In this document: in pieces, positions 60,073 to 64,000 of the stretch
How the letters are laid out: every line of letters starts with the position of its first letter
Position numbering within the stretch: the stretch's first letter is position 1
Assembly (NCBI GenBank): GCA_029856155.1
Contig: JAHQWL010000102.1
Span: 1 to 64,000 of the forward strand
Source of the DNA: Promethearchaeia archaeon
GTDB taxonomy: Archaea > Asgardarchaeota > Lokiarchaeia > Sigyniarchaeales > SOKP01
Length of the DNA stretch: 64,000 nt
Direction: 5' to 3'
Translations under genes and position numbers: made by a program
Notes under the pieces: model-generated
Databases searched by the model: none
What the model saw: only the letters and a program-made list of their open reading frames with translations
Told to the model about the DNA's origin: nothing

Positions 60073-61464
60073 TTAAAGATTCATTTCCTCTAATTTTATC
60101 TTGTTTTCTATCGCATCTTCTTTGGATAATTTATACATAAGTGCAAAAGCGATTGTACCTATTATAAATATAATCATCGGAATTATAGACATTTGAAAGA
60201 TTAAGCCAAACTTAGCAGTATCACTATTTCCTGTTCCAAGAGCAGCATCATAGCGAGTTATCCCAGAAACTATGGCAAATATGAGGGTCTGGAAAAAGTA
60301 TGAAAAAGCAGTGAAAAATTTCCATACACTAGTATAACTTCCTTCTTCTCGTTTTCCTGAGGCAACTGTTGCGTTATCAATTCCTTCTGCTCTTAATAAA
60401 CCATAAATTGCTCCCGAAGTTGCACTAAATCCAATCCCTAGAAAACCAAATACAAGGGTAAGACCTGTTAAGCTAGTAACAAAGAACAAAAGAAAAAATC
60501 CAATTATATTTAAAACCATTCCAGCGATAAATGCTTTCTTATTGCCTATTTTTTTAGATATCCAAACCCATAATGGAGCTAAAAGAAAGCCAACAAAATT
60601 CACCGCAACTAGAGGTCCTGCTGTCTTTCCAATATCCTCTCCTAAACTATCCAACACGAAAAAATTAAGTCCATATAAGAAGCAAGCTCCACCAACAGCC
60701 CAAGCAAACCCTGCAATAACAATTCCCATCCAATTTCTATCCTTGAAAACACGAATTACGATCTCTTTTACAGAAGAAGTTGCTCTATTAGTAGCATCTA
60801 ATTCAGCGCGAAATTTTTTCATTTCATCTGGCTCTCGTATCCCAAAATTATAAGGAATAACAAAAATATATGCTATAATTACTACAATAATAACTGCTCC
60901 TAAATATCCGATCCCTTCAATTAAAGGAGGGATTAAACCACTGGCTACAATAGCAATTGTACCACCAATAATAGCTCCAATCCATATAACTTTCCCCCTA
61001 TGAGAAGATCCCCTAAATAAATCTGGAAATAAAGCATTATGATTGATCTCAACGCTAGTCATAAATGTATCATGTAAAATCATAGTAAAAATTAACCATA
61101 TCACTAAAATTGTTATATTTAATGAAATTTGAACAAAACTCATTAATAATATGATTGGACCAAAAATCAGACCAATCATAATCCAAGGGTATCTTTTTCC
61201 AAATCGAGATGTCAATCTTTTTGATCTATCCGCTAAATAACCTATAATTGGATCATTTATTCCTTCTACAATAGAATACACTAGATAAATCAATGCAATC
61301 GTTAATTGAGGAATTAAAAGAATGTCAGCTGCGTAATATTGAAGTTGCCCCCACATGGCGAATAAAAATGCAGTGCTAACTCCTGATAAATTGAAGAGTA
61401 TCATTCTTTTCGTTGTTAATGTTTCAGAATATTTGATTTTTTGAGGTTCTGACATATTTATCAC
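60073..61464 (-). CDS. MFS transporter, GPH/MelB-like family
   Basis: NDPIIGYLADR...RFGKRYPW; RREG-like KREEG motif; about 12 TM segments. Confidence 0.88.
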   Translation of the reverse strand: MINMSEPQKIKYSETLTTKRMILFNLSGVSTAFLFAMWGQLQYYAADILLIPQLTIALIYLVYSIVEGINDPIIGYLADRSKRLTSRFGKRYPWIMIGLIFGPIILLMSFVQISLNITILVIWLIFTMILHDTFMTSVEINHNALFPDLFRGSSHRGKVIWIGAIIGGTIAIVASGLIPPLIEGIGYLGAVIIVVIIAYIFVIPYNFGIREPDEMKKFRAELDATNRATSSVKEIVIRVFKDRNWMGIVIAGFAWAVGGACFLYGLNFFVLDSLGEDIGKTAGPLVAVNFVGFLLAPLWVWISKKIGNKKAFIAGMVLNIIGFFLLFFVTSLTGLTLVFGFLGIGFSATSGAIYGLLRAEGIDNATVASGKREEGSYTSVWKFFTAFSYFFQTLIFAIVSGITRYDAALGTGNSDTAKFGLIFQMSIIPMIIFIIGTIAFALMYKLSKEDAIENKIKLEEMNL

Positions 61465-61637
61465 TTTTTTATATTACATTTTTAATTAAATTGATTCGAA
61501 TGCAGATTCTAGTTATATGTAATTTTAGATATGAAACTATTTATAGATTTATTTGTATATTGAAAAAAAGTTGAAAATGCTAATGTGACAAATTTAATAG
61601 ATTATTTAGATTAAAAAAAATGGATGATAATTCAAGT

Positions 61638-62216
61638 TTATATGTCTTTTTTTACCCAATCTCTTTTGAATAACCCAAATTGGTGAAAATCAACATAGTT
61701 TCCATCGACATACATATCTTCTTTTAGCACCCCTTCTTTTTCAAAACCTAACTTTTCAGCTGCTCTAAGTGATCTTTTATTTGGGTTAATAATACTCGCA
61801 TAAATCTTATGGAAATTTAATTCTGTAAATCCATAATTGATTAATAGTTTCGCAGCTTCACCTATTAAACCTTTGCCCCAATATTCTGGTTCTCCAATTA
61901 CTGCTCCGATGAATGCATTACGATTTACCCAATTAATACGATCAAACCCAATACTACCTATAGGGCACTTATCATTCTTATGGTAGATCGTAAAAAATAT
62001 TCCTTCTTTTGCACCATGTCCCGATGGAGGTTCGAACCATCTTTTGAACTCTTCAGGAGTTCTCGGCATAACGTGGCGAGCAAAATGACGCACGTCTGGA
62101 TTATTATGCCATTTACTATATAAAGTAATCCATTTAGAATTTGGGGCTAATAAATCTATTCTTTCTCCTTCAATAAAAGGAAAAATTTGGATCTCTTCTT
62201 TCTTTTCTTCCGTCAT
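61638..62216 (-). CDS. GNAT N-acetyltransferase, RimJ/RimL family
   Basis: YWGKG, N-x-x-S-x-R-x-x-EKLGF. Confidence 0.9.
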   Translation of the reverse strand: MTEEKKEEIQIFPFIEGERIDLLAPNSKWITLYSKWHNNPDVRHFARHVMPRTPEEFKRWFEPPSGHGAKEGIFFTIYHKNDKCPIGSIGFDRINWVNRNAFIGAVIGEPEYWGKGLIGEAAKLLINYGFTELNFHKIYASIINPNKRSLRAAEKLGFEKEGVLKEDMYVDGNYVDFHQFGLFKRDWVKKDI

Positions 62217-62321
62217 TTAAAACTACCAGAATATTTTTAGAAATTATTATAATCAATATATCTATTCAAGAGATTGAAAAAATTAAAACTTTATTATTCA
62301 TATCTGATGAATTTTAGTCAT

Positions 62322-62885
62322 TTATTTCATTCTTTTTTTCATCCAATCTTCCTTTAAAATACCATATGTTTTAACATTACGATATTTTCCATCAACATAC
62401 ATAACATCTTTTTGGATTCCATTAAATTTAAATCCAATCTTCTCAGCGACACTCCATGATCCAATATTTTCTACAGCAGCTCCGCCTTGCAATTTATGAA
62501 GATTTAATTCATTAAATGCATACTCTACAAGCATTTCAGTAGCTTCAGTGGCGATATTCTTGTTCCAATATTCAGGATCCCCAATATAAAGGAAAGCATT
62601 TGCCCAACCATTAATCCAATCTATCATTGCTAATCCACATTGGCCTATTGGTTTTTTATCTTTCTTATGCCAAATTTCAAAACCAATAAATCTTTGAACT
62701 CTCCCTTCACGTGGTTCAAACCATCTTTTAATATCTTCAACGGTTCTAGGCATTTCCCATCGGGCATATCGACGAACTTTTGGATCATTCATCCACTTTG
62801 AATATAATTCGATGTGTTCTGAACATTGTGGTGTAAAACTAATGATATTCCCATCAATAAAAACTGGAAATTTTTTATCTTCCAT
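62322..62885 (-). CDS. GNAT N-acetyltransferase, RimJ/RimL family
   Basis: YWNKNIATEA, NIGSWSVAEKIGF. Confidence 0.9.
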   Translation of the reverse strand: MEDKKFPVFIDGNIISFTPQCSEHIELYSKWMNDPKVRRYARWEMPRTVEDIKRWFEPREGRVQRFIGFEIWHKKDKKPIGQCGLAMIDWINGWANAFLYIGDPEYWNKNIATEATEMLVEYAFNELNLHKLQGGAAVENIGSWSVAEKIGFKFNGIQKDVMYVDGKYRNVKTYGILKEDWMKKRMK

Positions 62886-62934
62886 TTTCTACCTTACTTT
62901 TAATAAATTTTACATTAAATACAATTGAGTTATT

Positions 62935-63516
62935 TCAATTTTTTTTTAACCAATCTTCTTTTAATAAGCAATGCACTTTCGCATCAACATACTTTCCATC
63001 AACATACATGCCATGTTTTTGTATTCCTTCAACTTTAAATCCTACTTTTTTCGCCACAGTCCAAGAACCTATGTTTTCTACAGCAACACCACCATGTAAT
63101 TTATTAAGATTCAACTCATTGAAAGCATAATTAACAAGCAATTCAGTAGCTTCAGTTGCGATATTCTTATTCCAATATTCGGGTTCTCCAATAAATAGGT
63201 ATGCATTTGCCCAACCATTTATCCAATCTATATGACCTAAACCCAAATTACCAATTGGTTTTTTATCTTTTTTGTGCCATATATCTAATGATATATGATC
63301 TGTCCACCGTTCAGTTTTACGTTCAAACTTATTTTTCTCTGCTTCAAGAGTCCTTGGTACAACTGTTCGAGCATACTTTCTTACGCGAGGATCGTTTTTC
63401 CAACGAAGGTATTGTTTTGCAAATTTTGAATTTCTAGGACAAAGATCAATGTTTTTCCCTCTAATGAATGGGATATAGTCTATTTTTTCTTCTTCATTTA
63501 CCTCTTTTGGCTCCAT
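62935..63516 (-). CDS. GNAT N-acetyltransferase, RimJ/RimL family
   Basis: Close paralog of 62322-62885. Confidence 0.9.
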   Translation of the reverse strand: MEPKEVNEEEKIDYIPFIRGKNIDLCPRNSKFAKQYLRWKNDPRVRKYARTVVPRTLEAEKNKFERKTERWTDHISLDIWHKKDKKPIGNLGLGHIDWINGWANAYLFIGEPEYWNKNIATEATELLVNYAFNELNLNKLHGGVAVENIGSWTVAKKVGFKVEGIQKHGMYVDGKYVDAKVHCLLKEDWLKKN

Positions 63517-63549
63517 TCTTTTAAACCTGTTTAATGTAAATTCTACTTT

Positions 63550-64000
63550 TCATTGAGATTTCACAAAATCTTCCTTAAAAATTGAATATTCAAGAGCATC
63601 AATATGTTTCCCATCAATATAAACTTCCTTTTGAAGTGTTATTTCATGTGTAAGCCCAATCTTTTCTGCAACTCGCAATGAAGCTTTATTTGGTGCATAT
63701 AATCGCGTAGTAATTTTATGTAGGTTAAGTTCTTTGAAACCATATTCAATAATTAATTTCCCTGCCTCTGTTCCAATGTATTGACCCCAATAATCGGGAT
63801 CAATAAGATAAAACATATAAGCATTACGAGTAAACCATTCTATCCATAGAAATCCCCCATAACCTATTGGTTTTTTATCTTCTTTTTGCCATATTTCAAA
63901 GAAAATCTCCTCCTTAACAGCTTCTTTCTTCGGTTCAAATTTTTTTTTCACATCTTCAATAGTTTGAGGCATATTGTATCCCGCATATTTCCTAATTTTG
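63550..64000 (-). CDS. GNAT N-acetyltransferase, RimJ/RimL family (5' end outside the window)
   Basis: Frame stays open upstream of the called Met (KIRKYAGYNMP), matching the paralogs' VRKYAR segment. Confidence 0.85.
   Translation of the reverse strand, partial: KIRKYAGYNMPQTIEDVKKKFEPKKEAVKEEIFFEIWQKEDKKPIGYGGFLWIEWFTRNAYMFYLIDPDYWGQYIGTEAGKLIIEYGFKELNLHKITTRLYAPNKASLRVAEKIGLTHEITLQKEVYIDGKHIDALEYSIFKEDFVKSQ

Noticed and set aside
5177-63437. Numerous 60-150 aa antisense/overlapping ORFs in the ORF track (e.g. 8086-8328, 30271-30642, 38873-39337, 45982-46350, 56006-56311)
   Set aside because: They shadow well-supported genes and have no motifs

Overview
AT-rich archaeal chromosomal segment, most likely from a Lokiarchaeia-type Asgard archaeon. 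This is inferred from roadblock/longin-small GTPase fusions, TPR-RING and LRR proteins, many multi-PAS orphan histidine kinases, archaeal LeuRS, an Sm-like protein and an intron-bearing tRNA. Most of the window is metabolic and housekeeping genes; no CRISPR array, rRNA or transposase is evident. Main result: three short (30-33 nt) insertions interrupt protein-coding genes, two in a family III CoA-transferase (39505-39537, 39606-39636) and one in an unannotated C2H2 zinc-finger gene (41354-41383). Each folds into a bulge-helix-bulge (BHB) splice motif, and cutting at the canonical BHB positions restores the reading frame and conserved protein motifs. This points to tRNA-type introns in Asgard mRNAs; a 28-nt BHB-like intron also sits in the D-arm of tRNA-Arg(CCU). 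Other notable elements: (i) a Leu-rich leader peptide plus interleaved RNA helices upstream of leuS (attenuator-like); (ii) three micro-peptide genes under two copies of a palindromic operator, divergent from a multi-wHTH/TPR regulator; (iii) a longin / BBS2-like propeller / mu-homology-like gene cluster. All protein assignments come from motif recognition by eye; no searches were run.
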